DNA of 64,000 nucleotides from Felis catus (lineage: Eukaryota), in the NCBI RefSeq assembly GCF_018350175.1, contig NC_058368.1, positions 84,942,001 through 85,006,000 on the forward strand. The letters are read 5' to 3'. Position 1 is the stretch's first letter. Each line of letters starts with the position of its first letter. Under the pieces are notes generated by a model. That model had not been told where the DNA came from. It searched no databases and worked only from the letters and a program-made list of their open reading frames with translations. A program made the position numbers and the translations under genes. Positions 13,225-27,003 of the stretch are shown here, in pieces.

Positions 13225-14212
13225 AAAAGACAGCATACTGAGTAACTCAGCTGAGACACAGCACAAAATCAGCCATTCAAAAAATGCTTGGGGTACACAT
13301 AATGATTTATTGACTAATAACTAAATGTGGCAGAAGGGCTGGGATCTGCAAGAAACTTATCCAGAAACAAAAGTTCTGGTGGATGTTCTTTATCTTCCCC
13401 TCCTTCAGTCTAGATAACTGGACATTTGTGGGGGTTGGCATTAACACTCTCCATCAACCTTGCTAATAGCATATGCCCCATCCCTCTATTTCCTGGTGGA
13501 CCCCCCACTTCCATCCAATATAACCAAGGCAGACATTATTTCAAAACAGATCCTGCTCCATCACATTCTGAAGATATCCCCAACCAGATCTCCACCTCTC
13601 CAAAGTGACTCTTGCAACTGGTGTGTGTGGGGAGCTGAAATAACTACACTAATGAGCAGTTCTGGCAGTGTGGTCTCTTAGCTGGCTGTTCAAGGAGCAT
13701 GCTTTGTGCGTTGATGTGTCTGGAGATATTTTAGAGATGCTAAGTGCAGAAAATTAAGCTTACTGCCAGCCCCCCGCAACTGGCCTGCAGTAGCCTTAGA
13801 AATACATCACAAAGCAAAAAGAACAAACTTGGCAAAATGCACCAACAGCAGGCAAAGTGGATCCTTGCAGTTGGCTGGGCTGAAGGCAGTCATTGCTTAG
13901 CTACCTTAGAAGGGAGAAGGGTGCACACAGCCCACACAGAAGACATCCATGGAGCATCTGGTTTTGGTGACTGGGGATATTGTGCTATAGGGCTCCACAG
14001 GACCTCTTCTACAAAAGTCTATTAATTGCAAGACCAGGAGATGTAGTTGACATACATAATACATAGAAGCAAACACAGTGAGCTATATGAAATAAGGAAA
14101 GAGACAAATATGTCCTAAAGGAAAGAACAAGACCAAATCATAGTAAAAGAGCTAAATAAAATGGAAAAAAAAAAACAATGTGTCTGATAAAGAATTCAAA
14201 ATAATGATCATA

Positions 14213-14631
14213 CATCCATTTATGTAGCAATTAGGAAAGACCTTGGGATTCAGGCTGATGTAGAGGAGATTAATTATTCTGACTTCCAATGCTTTGATGA
14301 AACTTCAGATGTGAAGACTTCTGTCCAAGCATCTATGATTTCATATTGTTGAGCATTCATTGGATTCATGGGGATTGCATCTTTCTATAAGTTTGCCATG
14401 GCCAACCAAGAAAGAAGGCATATGCAGATTCCTACAGAAATTATGATTCTAAGAAACATTTTTGAGGAGATAATAAGGCTAATATCTTTTAGAGTATAAA
14501 GTGATTTTGTAATGTTAAGAATTACTTTGGGCTGAGTTTCATGGAAGTTTGTCACTGACTGTGCTCTTGAAAGATGAAACAATAATATTGGGTTATGGAA
14601 TAGTTTCTCTTGCTAAATAAACAATTAAAAA
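14213..14631 (+). pseudogene. COX6C: Processed pseudogene of cytochrome c oxidase subunit 6C
   Basis: Intronless relic CDS 14279-14504 reads (L)TSNALMKLQM*RLLSKHL*FHIV..AFIGFMGIASFYKFAMA..RKKAYADSYRNYDSKKHFEE..ANIF*SIK*, matching COX6C RKKAYADFYRNYD..KDFEEMRKAGIFQS.K; COX6C-like 3'UTR (gaagtttgtcactgact) with AATAAA at 14616-14621 and short A tail; ATG lost, stops and frameshifts. Confidence 0.92.
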
Positions 14632-14759
14632 TTGCAATAGTCATGAAGATACTCACTGGAATTGAAGAAAGAGTGGACAAACTCAGTAACAACTTCAACA
14701 AAGAGATAGAAAATACAAAAATATGTCCATTGAAAGCTGAAAATTTCAATAACTGAAAA

Positions 14760-14978
14760 AAATGTTTTAATGTTTATTAATTTTCGAGAGACAGAATGTG
14801 AGTAGGCAGAGGCAGAAGGAAAGGGAAACACAGAAGCTGAAACAGACTCTAGGCTCTGAGCTGAAGCAGACTCCAGGCTCCAGCTCAGAGGCCGGTGTGG
14901 GGTTCGAACCCACAATCCATGAGATCATGACCTGAGTCAAAGTCAGATGCTTAGCCCACTGAACCACCGTGGTGCCCC
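14760..14978 (-). mobile_element. Carnivore SINE with an internal ~25-bp duplication
   Basis: SINEC body; agctgaaacagactctaggctctg followed by agctgaagcagactccaggctcca. Confidence 0.88.
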
Positions 14979-16105
14979 AAATAAGAGAAATTTAAAAGTG
15001 CGTAGAGGGAATAAAAAAAAAAAAACAGATTAGAAGATGAACAAATGTGTAATATTTGAAGACAAGGTATGTAAAACAAACAACTTGAACATCAAAAAGA
15101 ACAAAAAAGAATAATAAAAAATGAGAATAGGTTAAGGTAAGTCAATGTCATCATTAAGAATAATAACAGCCATATTATAGGGATCTCAGAGGGAGAATAG
15201 AGGAGACAGAAAGCCTATTTGAAATAATAGCTGAAAACTTCCTTAATATGAGGAAGAGAACAGGTACCCAAGCCCAGAAGAACACAGAATCCCTAACAAG
15301 TTAAAGCCAAAAAGGTCCACAACAAAACACATAATAATTAAAATGGTAAATATTACAATAATTAGATAATTTTTAAATTAACAAGAGAAAAAAAAAAGGT
15401 TACATACAATGGAACCTCATAAGGTTATCAACCGAACTTTTTTTTTTTCAAAAGAAACTTTATAGTCAAGAAGATATTGGCATGATGCATTCAAAGTGCT
15501 GAAAGAAAAATACTACAACCAAAAATACTCTACCTGGCAAGGTTATCATTCACAATAGAAAGAGAGATAAATAGTTGCCATACAAACTAAAGTTAAAGGA
15601 GTTTATCAACAGTATCCCAATCTTACAAAAAAATGTTAAAGTGATCTTTTTACTGGAAAGAAAATACCATAATTAGAAATGAGAAAATCATAAAAATAAA
15701 AAAAAATCATAGAAAAAAATCAAACATAGTCAAGGTAAGAAATTAACATTTATAAAGTCAGTATAGAGGTAAAAACACAAATGTAGTAAAATGAATTATA
15801 TCTAGAAAAAAATTAGTTATGGCATTGACAAAATAAAAATGGGTAAAATAAGACATCATATGCATAAAATGGGGACAGGCAGCAACAAATTTTGTGCTTT
15901 TAGAATGTCTTTGAACTTAAGCAACCAACTTAATATAGACTGCTATACACATAAAATTTTTTATATGAACCCAAATGCAACCACCAAAAAAACAAACCCA
16001 CCCTATAATAGACACACAAAGAAAAAAAACAATCCAAGTATAACACTATAGAAAGCCATGAAACCACAAGAAAGAGAGCAAGAATAAAAATATAATGTTG
16101 TGAAA

Positions 16106-17522
16106 GAGGCCAACATGGTAGAAAAGTAGTAGGTTCTCTACTTCCCGTGTCTCTCAAGCAAAGAAGTGCTAAAGCCAAAGGACTTTGAACCCCAAGAGTC
16201 TGGGAGTAAAAGAGACTGAGTCAAAAAGGGAGAAACTGCTACATCCTTGATGGCTATAGGTGGGTGATTGTGAAATGAGGGAGATAAAACAGGCCATGTA
16301 GGCATGGAGGGGAGAGATCCCCTTTTGCAGAGAGACAAAGGGAAGAGGAAGAGCAGCCAGGGAAATGTAAGACTGTATCTGGACAAGAGATAAATCTTGA
16401 ACTGGGACTGAGAAGGATCCCATCTCTAACTGGGGCTTTCTTCTGATTGGTACCAGCTGCCCCATTCTTGCACCTGGGGAGGAGAGGAGCCAGCCCTGGG
16501 TTCAGTGGTAGGTCAGGGACACAGTCCACAGTAGGACAAAGCAGTCCCCTCCCTGGAATGCTATGGGACAGGACAAAGCCTGTCTGCCCCTGCCACCCCC
16601 AGTCTCCTCTAGGTGGTGAGGTCAGCAGCACAGTCTGAAGCAGGAAAAGGCCGTCCTCCCTGAAGTGCTATGGCACAGACAAAACCAGCAGGGAGCACAT
16701 ATCAGGCTGCACAGAGAGGTGTTCCCCCAGTGCCAGAGCACATGGAGGGACGTTGAATCTTAGCCAAGTGGAGGATCAGGGGAGTCAGTGGAGTGAGAAG
16801 TACCACCTGTCTGTGCCCAGGGCACAGTGAGGACATCTTGAGCAGAGTGCACCAGGACCATGGAGAAGAGACTAGGGGATGGCCAATTTCCTGCCTCCCC
16901 CCCATACCACCAAGGGGGGTCCTCAGCGATGGGTCCCGAGGGCCTCATAGTGGATGTAGGACCAGGCTTCACCATCCCACGCCCCTCCACTCTGGGTAAT
17001 TGCATATCTGCTGGAGCAGGATAGATGCTGTGGAAACAGAAGGATCCATCATCCAGACCAGTGCTGCTGCATAACCTAGATTAATTCTAGGACAATTCTT
17101 GTTATTTAGATATATTCTCCCTTCCTTACTCTTCCCTCCTCTAGGCTGATTTATTCTGGTTCTTGGTTTGTTTAAGCAGACATATTTAACCCATTCTCTT
17201 GGTACATGTTCTACTCCTTCTGTACTTTCATTTCTCTCTCTCTCTGGAATTATCAAGCCATATAGTTTCTCCATGTGGGTATCTATTTCTTCGTGTTATT
17301 TTATTTTATTTTTATTTTTTTCTACCTCCTTTATTTTCCTTTCTCTCTCTCTGGATTAAGCCATTTAGTCTCTCTACCTGGTCAATGTTTATTTTCTCTT
17401 TGTCCCCGACAATCATTTCTCTCTTTGTATGTGCTCTTCCATCAGCACTGCCTCCACCCTGTTCTTTACTTGTAGATGGTATTTCTGGTTTTGTGCTTTT
17501 GGATTGTTTTTGTTTGTGCGTG

Positions 17523-17562
<40 letters not shown>

Positions 17563-20500
17563 GTCTCTGTGCTTGCATGTCTTTCTTTCTTGTTTGTTTG
17601 TCTGTTTGTTTTCCTTTCCAGGGATGCTTAAGGGAAAAATCAAAGCACACCTCGGGAGGGTCCAAAACATCATTACAAGTAGAGAAATAAAATAACCAAA
17701 ATCACAACAACAGAGAGCCAGTAACACTCTCCAAAAAACACCTCCAGGAAGGCCAGGCCCTGGACAGTTTATGACTCCCATTAATATAGCAGTGCACACA
17801 GGTGCAGAGAACATAACAAGTTTTTAAAACTCATAAGGGATAGAACTAGCCAAAATGACAAAACAGAAGAATTCCCCTCAAAAGAAATTCCAGAAAGAAG
17901 TTACAGCTAAAGAATTGATCAAAAAAGATATAAGCAATATAACTGAACAAGAATTTAGAATGAGAGTCATAAGATTAATCACTGGGCTTGAAACTGAAAT
18001 AGAAAAACAGCAGAGAATCTATTACTGCAGAGATCAAGGAACTAAAAAATAGTCATGATAAAAAAAAAATGTTGCAAATGAGGTGTAAAATACAATGGAG
18101 GTGGCCACAGCATGGATTGAAAAGGCAGAGGGGAGATTAGGTGAATCAGAAGATAAAATTATGGAAAAAGAAGAAGTTGAGAAAAAGAGAGAGAACAAAA
18201 CCAGGATCAAGAGGGGAGAATTAGAGAACTAAGTAATGCAATCAAAGGGAACAATATCCATATCATAAGAATACCAGAAGAAGAAGAGAAAGGGGCCAAA
18301 AGTGTACTTGAACAGATCATAGCTGAGAACTTCCCCCATCTGGGGAATGAAACAGACATTGAAATCCAAGACACACAGAGAACTTCCTTTAGACATAACT
18401 TGAATGGATCTTCTGCATGACATATTATAGTGAAACTGGCAAAATACAAGGATAAAGAGAGAATTCTGAAAGCAGCTAGGAATAAACGGGCCTTAATGTA
18501 CAAAGGTAGAAGCATGAGAGTAGTACCAGACCTATTTAATGAAACTTGGTAGGACGAAAGGAATGGCAGGGAATCTTCAATATGATGAACAGGAAAAATA
18601 TGCAGCCAAAAATCCTTTATCCACAGGTGGTCATTCAGAATATAATGAGAGATAAAATTTTCCCATAAAAACTAAAAACTGAAGGAATTCACTACCACTA
18701 AACCAGCCCTCCAGGAGATCCTAAGGGGGAGTCTGTGAGTGAAATGTGGCAAGGACCACAAAGTACCAGAGACGTAACTACAAGCATGAAACCTACAGAT
18801 AACAAAATGACTCTAAACCCATATATTTCAATTATAATGCTGAATTTAAATTGATTAAATGCTCCAATCAAAAGACATAGGGTATCAGAATGGAAAAAAA
18901 AAAAAGACCCATCTGTTTGTTGTATGTTAGAGACCTATTTCAGACATGAGGACACTTTCAGGTTGAAAGTGAGGGAATGGAGAACTATCTATAATGCTAC
19001 TGGAAGTCAAAAGAAAGCTGGAGTTGCCATACTTATATGAGACAAACTAGACTTTAAATTAAAGGCTGTAACAAGAGGTGAAGAAGGGTATTCAATAATA
19101 ATTACAGCATCTGTCCATCAGGAAGAGCTAACAATTTTAAATGTCTATGCACCAGATTCAGGAGCACCCAAATTAAAAATAATAATAATAATAATAATAA
19201 TCACAAACATAAGCAATCTTATTGGTAAGAATGTGGTGTTTGCTGGAGACTTTAGTATTTCACTTACAACAATAGACAGATCATCTAGACACAAAATCAG
19301 TAAAGAAGCAATGGCCCTGAATGATACATTGGACCAGATGGACTTGACAGATATATTTTAACCCAAATCCCAAAGCAGCAGAATATACATTCTTCTCGAG
19401 TACACATGGAAATTCTCCAAGATAGATCACATACTGGGTCACAAAAGAACACTCAATAATATAAAAGAATTGAGATCATACCATGAGCACTTTCAGATCA
19501 CAATGTTAATGAAACTTGAAATCAACCACAGGTAAAAGTCAGGAAAACCTCCAAAAGCATGGAGGTTAAAGTATATCTTATTAAAGAACGAATGGTTCAA
19601 TCAGGGAAACAGAGAAGAAATTAAAATATATACTGAAACAAATGAAAATGAGAAAAACAACAGCCCAAACACTTTGGGATATAGCAAAGGCTGTCCTAAG
19701 AGGAAAATAAATTGCAATCCAGACCTATCTTAAGTTACAAGAAAAATCTCAAATACAAAATCTAACAGTACACCTAGATAACTAGAAGCAGAATAGCAAA
19801 GACACCCCAAACCCAGCAGAAGAATAGAAACAATAAACATCAGAGCAGAAATAAACAATACAGAATCCACAAAAACAGTAGAACAGATCACTGAAACAAG
19901 AGGGTTTTTTTTTTTTCTTGAAAAACTAAACAAAATTGATAAATCTCTAGCCAGGTTTCTCAAAAAGATAAGAGAGAGGACCCAAGTTGATAAAATTATG
20001 AATGAAAATGGATTTATTACAACCAATCCCTCAGAAATACAAACAATTATCAAGGAATACTGTGAAAAATTATATACCAACAAACTGGACAACTTGGAAG
20101 AAAGGGACAAATTCCTAAAAACCCATAAACTACCAAAACTCAAATGGGAAGAAATAGAAAATTTGAATAGACCCATAACTAGTGAAGAAATTGAATTAGT
20201 CATCAAAAATTTCCCAAAACATGAGTCCTGGACCAGATGGCTTCACTGGGGAATTCTACCAGACATTTAAAGCCAACTTAATACCTATACTTTTCAAGCT
20301 ATTGCAAAAATTGAAATGGAAGGAAAACTTCCAGATCATTCTCTGAAGCCAGCATTACTTTGATTCCCAAACCAGACAGAGACCCAGTGAAAAAAAGACA
20401 ACTACAAGCAATTATCCCTGATGAATATGTATGCAAAAATTCTCAAGATACTATGGAATCAAATTCACCAGCATATGAAAAGAACTATTCACCATGATCA

Positions 20501-22848
20501 AGTGGGATTCATTCTTGGGAGGCAGGGCTGGTTCAATGTTCGCAAATTAAGCAATGTGATACATACCATTAATACAAATAAAGATAAGAACCATATGGTC
20601 CTGTGATAGATGGAGAAAAAGCATTTGACAAAATACAGTATCCTTTCTTGATGAAAACCCTCAAGAAAATCTGGATAGAAGGAACATACCTAAACATCAT
20701 GGAAGCCATTTATGAAAAACCCACAGCTAGTATCATCCTAAATAGGAAAAAACTGAGAGCTTTCCCCTTGATATCAGGAACACAACAGGGATGTCCACTC
20801 TTACCACTGTTGTATAACATAGTTTTGTAAGTTCTAGCATCAGCAATCAGACAAGAGGAAATCAAGGGCATCAAAATTGGCACTGATGAGTCAAGCTTTC
20901 ACTTCTTTCAGATGACAGGATATTATACATGGAAAACCCAATAGACTTCACCAAAAGTCTGCTAGAACTTATACATGAATTCAGCAAAGTTGCAGGATAC
21001 AAAATTAATATACGGAAATCAGTCGCATTCTTATACACTAATAATGAAGCAACAGAGAGACAAACAAAGAAACTGATCCCATTCACAATGGCACCAAGAA
21101 CCATAAAATACCTAGGAATAAACCTAACCAAAGATATCAAAGATCTGTCTGCTGAAAACTATAGAGCGCTTATGTAGGAAATTTAAGAAGATATAAAGAA
21201 ATGGAAAACATCCCATGCTCATGGATTGGAAAAATAAATATCATTAAAAAGTCAATACTACCCAAAGCTACCTACACATTCAATGCAATCCCAATCAAGC
21301 TTGCACCAGCATTCTTCTCAAAGTAGAAAAAACAAGCCGAAAATTTATATGGAACCACAAAAGACCCCAAAGAGCCAAAGTAATATTGAAGAAGAAGACC
21401 AAAGCAGGAAGCATCACAACCCCAGACTTTAGCCTCTATTACAAAGCTGTAATCATCAAGACAGCATGGTATTGGCACAAAAACAGACACTTAGACCAAT
21501 GGAATAGCATAGAGACTCCAGAATTGGACCCACAAAAGTATGGCCAACTAATCTTTCACAAAGCAAGAAAGCGTATCCAATGGAAAAAAAAAATACAGTC
21601 TCTTTAAAAATTGGGTCCTGGGAGAACTGGACAGCAACATGCAGAAGAATGAAACTAGACCACTTTTCTTACACCATTTACAAAAAGAAACTCAAAATGG
21701 ATGAAGGACCTGAATGTGAGACAGGAAACCATCAAAACCCTAGAGGGAAAAGCAGGAAAAACTTCTTTGACCTCAGCCTCAGCAATTTCTTAATTCACAC
21801 ATCTCCAAAGGCAAGGAAATCAAAAGCAAAAATGAACAATTGGGGCCTCATGAAGATAAAAATCTTCTTCACTGCAAATGAAGCAATAAACAGAACTAAA
21901 AGACCACCTACGGAATGGGAAAAGATATTTGAAAAAGACATATCAGGTAAAGGGCTAGTGTCCAAAATCTATGAAGAACTCACCAAACTCCCACCTGAAA
22001 AACAGATAATCCAGTGAAGAAATGGGAAGAAGACATGAATAGACACTTTTCCAAAGAAGACATCCAGATGGCCAACAGGCACATGAAAAGATTCTCAACA
22101 TCACTCATCAGTAGGGAAATACAAATCAAAACCACACTCAGATATCACCTCACACCGGTCAGAGTGGCTAAAATGAACTAATCAGGAGACTATAGATGCT
22201 GGAGAGGATGTGGAGAAACGGGAACCCTCTTGCACTGTTGGTGGGAATGAAAACTGCTGAATCCATTCTGGATAGCAGTTTGGAGGTTCCTTAAAAAATT
22301 AAAAAGAGGTCTACCCTATGACCCAGCAATAGCACTGCTAGGAATCTACCCAAAAAATACAAGAATACTGATGCATAGGGGCACATATACCACAACGTTT
22401 ATAGCAGCACTTTCAACAATAGCCAAATTATGGAAAGAGTCTAAATGTCCATCAGCTGATGAATAGATAAAGAATATGTGGCTTAAATATATAATTGAAT
22501 ACTACTTGTCAATGAGAAAGAATAAAATCTTGCCATTTGCAGCAACGTGGATGAAACTGGAGGGTATTATGCTAAGTGAAATAATTCAGGAAAGAAAGAC
22601 AGATATCATATCTTTTCACTCATACGTGGATCTTGAGCAACTTAAAAGAAGACTATGGGGGAGGATAAGGGGAAAAATTACAGACAGGGAGGGAGGCAAA
22701 TGATAAGAGACTCTTAAGGACTGAGAACAAACTGAGGATTGATGGGGGGTGTGGGAGAAGGGAAAGTGGGTGATGGGCATGCAGGAGGTAACTTGTTGGG
22801 ATGAGAATTGGGTGTTGTATGGAAACCAATCTGACAAATTATATTTTA
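16106..22848 (+). mobile_element. Full-length felid LINE-1 with long (~1.75 kb) 5'UTR; ORF1 from 17855 and ORF2 from 18807, both heavily disrupted
   Basis: ORF1 MTKQKNSPQKKFQKEVTAKELIK; ORF2 fragments throughout; diverged TSD aaaaatataatgttgtgaaa (16086-16105) / aaaaatatagtgttcagaaa (22849-22868); (TG)n at 17526-17557. Confidence 0.92.
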
Positions 22849-22879
22849 AAAAATATAGTGTTCAGAAATAGGACAGTGT

Positions 22880-23220
22880 GTGGGAAACAGCAGAAAGAGT
22901 AAAGCAGGCAGCTGCTACTAGTGGTAACACTACTTCCCTTGTCACTACTTCCCTTTATTTTAAGGGCAGGGAGTGGTGTAAAGGGAACCAAGAAAGCTGC
23001 CCAAATGGGTTATGGCCTTTTGTGAAGGAATGCAATCAACTCCTCAAACCCAGCCTGGTGAAGGTAGGGCCACCAATACTCTGAACTCTTCCCTCTGATC
23101 TGCCAGTGCCTCTCGTAGATCAAATTTAACAGGATGTCAGAATACAAGAGAATTGGGGTGATAAAGCCTGAGTAGGGGTCCATACTGGTCAAGAGAGGGC
23201 AGGGTCAAATATGGACTACC
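22880..23220. mobile_element. Possible old ERVL-type LTR relic (LTR33-like)
   Basis: ccctctgatctgccagtgcctctc...aacaggatgtcagaatacaagag resembles the LTR33 core as I remember it; highly diverged. Confidence 0.35.
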
Positions 23221-23479
23221 TAGCACAGACCCCATGACAGTGACCCATAGCATATGGGTGCTTCCTGTCCCAAGGCCACCAAAGGAGATTTGTCAATAAC
23301 CTGTGAGGCTGAAGTAATATGTCTCCCTTTTGGGTCCAGAGATTTAAAACTGTATTCTTTCAGTATGCATACCTTTGAGGTATGGTCAGAATTGGATTAC
23401 ATCTTCTTACTGATATTCTTCCACCTCTGTTCAAACTTCTACTATCTCTCACTTTAAATATTGCAATACTTTTCCAATT

Positions 23480-23930
23480 GGCCATAGATAATGTGCTCCT
23501 GATGCTGTCTTACTGTGTCTCCTATCACTTTTTCAATGAGTCTGGTGTCGCCTCATCAGTGTCCCTTGAACATGCTATGCCCACTTCTACACCCAAAGTC
23601 GTTTTTAAATTGTTCTTTTGTTTGAACAATATTTTCCTAAATGTACTGTCCCTCCTTTACTCATTACAGTCTCTGTTCAAATGACCTCTAATCAAAGATG
23701 CTTTACCAGGTCATACTGTATATGAAGGCATCCCATCTCCATCTTTCCTCCCTGCTTCTCTTTTCTTCATGTCACTTATCAGCATGTTACATATTGAGTA
23801 TTTATTATTTCTCATATTCCACAACTAGAATTAAGTTCCATAAGAGTAGAGCTTTTATTGTTTCCACTGCTTTAGCTCCAGTGACTAAAATAACTCCTGC
23901 CATATAGTAGGTTCTCAAAAAATATTTCTC
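23480..23930 (+). mobile_element. LINE-2 3' end relic
   Basis: ctagaattaagttccataagagtagag...cctgccatatagtaggttctcaaaaaatattt matches the L2 terminus (ctagaatgtaagctccatgagggcag...ggcacatagtaggtgctcaataaatattt). Confidence 0.7.
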
Positions 23931-24145
23931 GGGGCGCCTGGGTGGCTCAGTCGGTTAAGCGGCCGACTTCAGCTCAGGTCACGATCTCGTGGTCCGTGAG
24001 TTCGAGCCCCACGTCAGGCTCTGTGCTGACTGCTCAGAGCCTGGAGCCTGTTTCACATTCTGTGTCTCCCTCTCTCTGACCCTCCCCCATTCATGCTCTG
24101 TCTCTCTCTGTCTCAAAAATAAATAAACGTTAAAAAAATTAAAAA
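23931..24145 (+). mobile_element. Young felid SINE
   Basis: ggggcgcctgggtggctcagtcggttaagcggccgac head; TSD aaaaaatatttctc at 23917-23930 and 24146-24159. Confidence 0.95.
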
Positions 24146-25765
24146 AAAAAATATTTCTCAAACAAAATGACCATAGTCTCTGATGTCATATTGACCTGAA
24201 ATTTTATGAAGAAACCCTGATGTTTGTTCGTATGTCAACAAAAAGTTATTTGTCACCACAAAACTTCTCTCTTCCTTGATAATTTTCTCTTTCAAATTTA
24301 GAGTTAGTGAGGCATGCTCAAAAACAATTGGAAAAAAAAAACAAGACTTTGACCAATCACTCATGTTCTATAGTGATTTTAGTTTTCGAGATATTTCATA
24401 TGTAATTTTGTATCCCTTTGACTTTTTATGTGTAAGTTGTAGAATTGGTGATTAGAATCTACATATCTAATTTGTCAAGAAAGCCTCAGCTAATTTCTTG
24501 TGGTGATATGACTGATACTGCTATTTTTAATTGTCTCAAGTCAGAGAACCATTTGAAAAGTGTTTGTCTTCAAATACATCCTGCCCCCTCCCTGCTACAA
24601 TTTAATGTTTATTTTCCATTTGTAGTATCTCAGAGTCTCTGTGCACCTGAGATTGTGGTCATAGTGTCCTTTTCATAAAAGTTTCATCTTCCTACATCTT
24701 AAACCCACGGAATTCAGTTTCCATATTAAAGCAATTTATTCAGTTACAAAATTTTATTTTTATAGTATATTTAGTAATGTGGTTGATTTTTAAATGTTTT
24801 ATTTATTTACAGAAGATATTTGAGTTGTTCCACAACAGATATATACATATAGGATATCTGTTAAAATGGAAGAAGAAAATTAAAATCATGAATATGAGAA
24901 TGGGAAGAAACAAAAGAACCATGATTTAATTAGAATTGAATCATAATTCCTCTGAATAATCATGTACTTAACTATTTTATTTAATTATTTTCCCCTAAAG
25001 GATTAAGTCCTCTTGTGTAAAGGTGCTCCTCCAACAATAGTGTGTTAGAACCACATAGTTTAAAGTCCAAGATGAGTGCCTTCCAGAGATCCATCTGGAA
25101 AACTATTTGCTGTGAATTTCACATGATTAAAATGTTCATTTATGAGTTACATATAAAAATAGAACTCTTTGTAAAAACTGTCAAACATAAATAACATGCT
25201 TTATGAACATATATGATTCAGCAGAAACTCTTCAGCTAGCACTATTTCCTCATTTAAGTATTTCTCCCTTCCTTCCTGGCATCATCTTCTAAATTCAATC
25301 TTATCTGTGGATTCCCCTTAGAGTACCAGAATATTATGGCACCACCAACTGGGTAGTGACAGACCATTGTAGTACCTATTAAATGACCCACTCCTCCATT
25401 TTGAGATGAGTTAGAGATAGTTTTTATTTTATTTTATTTTTTAGAGAAGTGGTATTTTGAGTCAGTTTCAAGTGAAATTCTCAGGGTCCTTTCTTGAACC
25501 ATATTCTCTCAGCCATTCCTCTAGTAATTCTGGAGGGGACTTTTTTTAATATTGTTGGCACAGTTGAAATTTAACACAAATAATTTAAGTTTTTCCAAAC
25601 TCAGCTTTGTAATACAATCTCTGAAATACAATGTTTAATTGATGGCTTCTGAGATATTTAAGAGAAAAATAATTAGGCTGTTAGTTCTCCTTCTGAGTGT
25701 TTCCTATTCACTAAAAAACTGTTTTCCTGTAATTTCACTCAGTCACTTCTAAAAAAAAAAGACAA

Positions 25766-25993
25766 GGGTGCCTGGGTGGCTTAGTCAGCTAAGTGTCTGA
25801 CTCCTGATTTCAGCTCAGGCCATGGTCTCATGGTTTGTGGGATTAAGCCCCCCATTCAGCTCCACACTGTCAGCATGGAGCCTATTTGGGGTTCTTTCTC
25901 TCTCCCCCACCCTCTGTGTCCCTCCCCTGAGTGCACTGTCTCTCTCTCAAAATAAATAAAAATTAATTAATTAATTAATTAAATTTTAAAAAG
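25766..25993 (+). mobile_element. Older carnivore SINE
   Basis: gggtgcctgggtggcttagtc...gatttcagctcagg; aaataaata/(ttaa)n tail. Confidence 0.9.
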
Positions 25994-26317
25994 GAACACA
26001 TGTAATAAATTCCTAGTGTTCTACCTATGTAGTATATTTTTGACATGTATCAATATTTTAGAAAACTATGATGCATCCTGCTTAAAATTTCATTGTGTTA
26101 TAAATATTTTCATTCATATTTTATATAACAAATCTGAGTCTTGTTTACTTTCTCAACTACTGTGTGCTCAAAATATTTAAATTCTGAAGTATTCCAAACA
26201 TAAAGTTCATTCTCTACTATCTTAAAAAATAACATTAGTTTTTGCCAGCCACCTTAAAGATTATTTTGCAAGATTATTTTGCAAGGTTGGTCTAGAAAAG
26301 GGGGTCAATAATTATAC

Positions 26318-26499
26318 CAGTGACTCACAAACTTTGGTAAATATGAAAATCACTAAAAGGTTTGCTAGTCAGATTCTTAAGCCCAATTTAACAGATTCTA
26401 ATGATGTTCATCTGAGATGGGTGAAAAATTAGCATATTTTGTGAAGTCAGCAAATGATTCTAATGCAAAAGGTCAGAAAACCACTCTTTGGAAGCACTG
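26318..26499. mobile_element. MER5-like hAT-Charlie non-autonomous DNA transposon relic
   Basis: ~180 bp bounded by degenerate TIRs cagtgactcacaaa ... tttggaagcactg; internal gaaaatcac, atgattctaatgc, ccactctttg motifs. Confidence 0.6.
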
Positions 26500-27003
26500 A
26501 CATAGATTGAAGATTGTATTTTTCCAGGATTAAGAAGAATTAAAATTATGTTAGGGAAAAAAAAGAAATACTGGTAACTTTATTTGATTCCTGATGATTT
26601 ATCATGGGACTCACTAATTAATTTTACCAGGGAATGATCCTGAAGCACAACCTAAATTCTAGGTGATTATTTTGCATTCTAGATATGCAGACACTGGCCT
26701 TTCTTTCATGGAATCAATATGATGCTTTGGAAATAATAAAATTCACATTACCATCAATTGTAAATCATGAAGAGAATTGATGTATACAGTCCCTTGTTCT
26801 TTATCAGCACATCATCTAGAACAATTGGACAGAAATTTTTAGATACAGGGAGGAAAAGATAAACATTTTTTTTTCCTTCAGATAAACTCAGTAAGATTAG
26901 TTGACTTTACCAGGGTTTGAAGGGATTATTACTTAACAGACAAAATGTCCCTTTGCTGGTACATCTTTATATTGCCTATGGCTGATATTGGGATTTCTGC
27001 CAT

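Larger units (their letters stand above)
12580..16085 (+). mobile_element. Old LINE-1 5' half (5'UTR, degenerate ORF1, inter-ORF region); 3' half absent
   Basis: Starts gaagatagcaaaatgagagaatcc; ORF1 relics gaattcaaaataatgatcata / aagatactcactgg, gaaataatagctgaaaacttcc; interrupted by two SINEs and a retrocopy. Confidence 0.8.

Noticed and set aside
23931..24010. tRNA-like A/B box sequences (also in the other SINE heads)
   Set aside because: tRNA-derived heads of carnivore SINEs, not tRNA genes.
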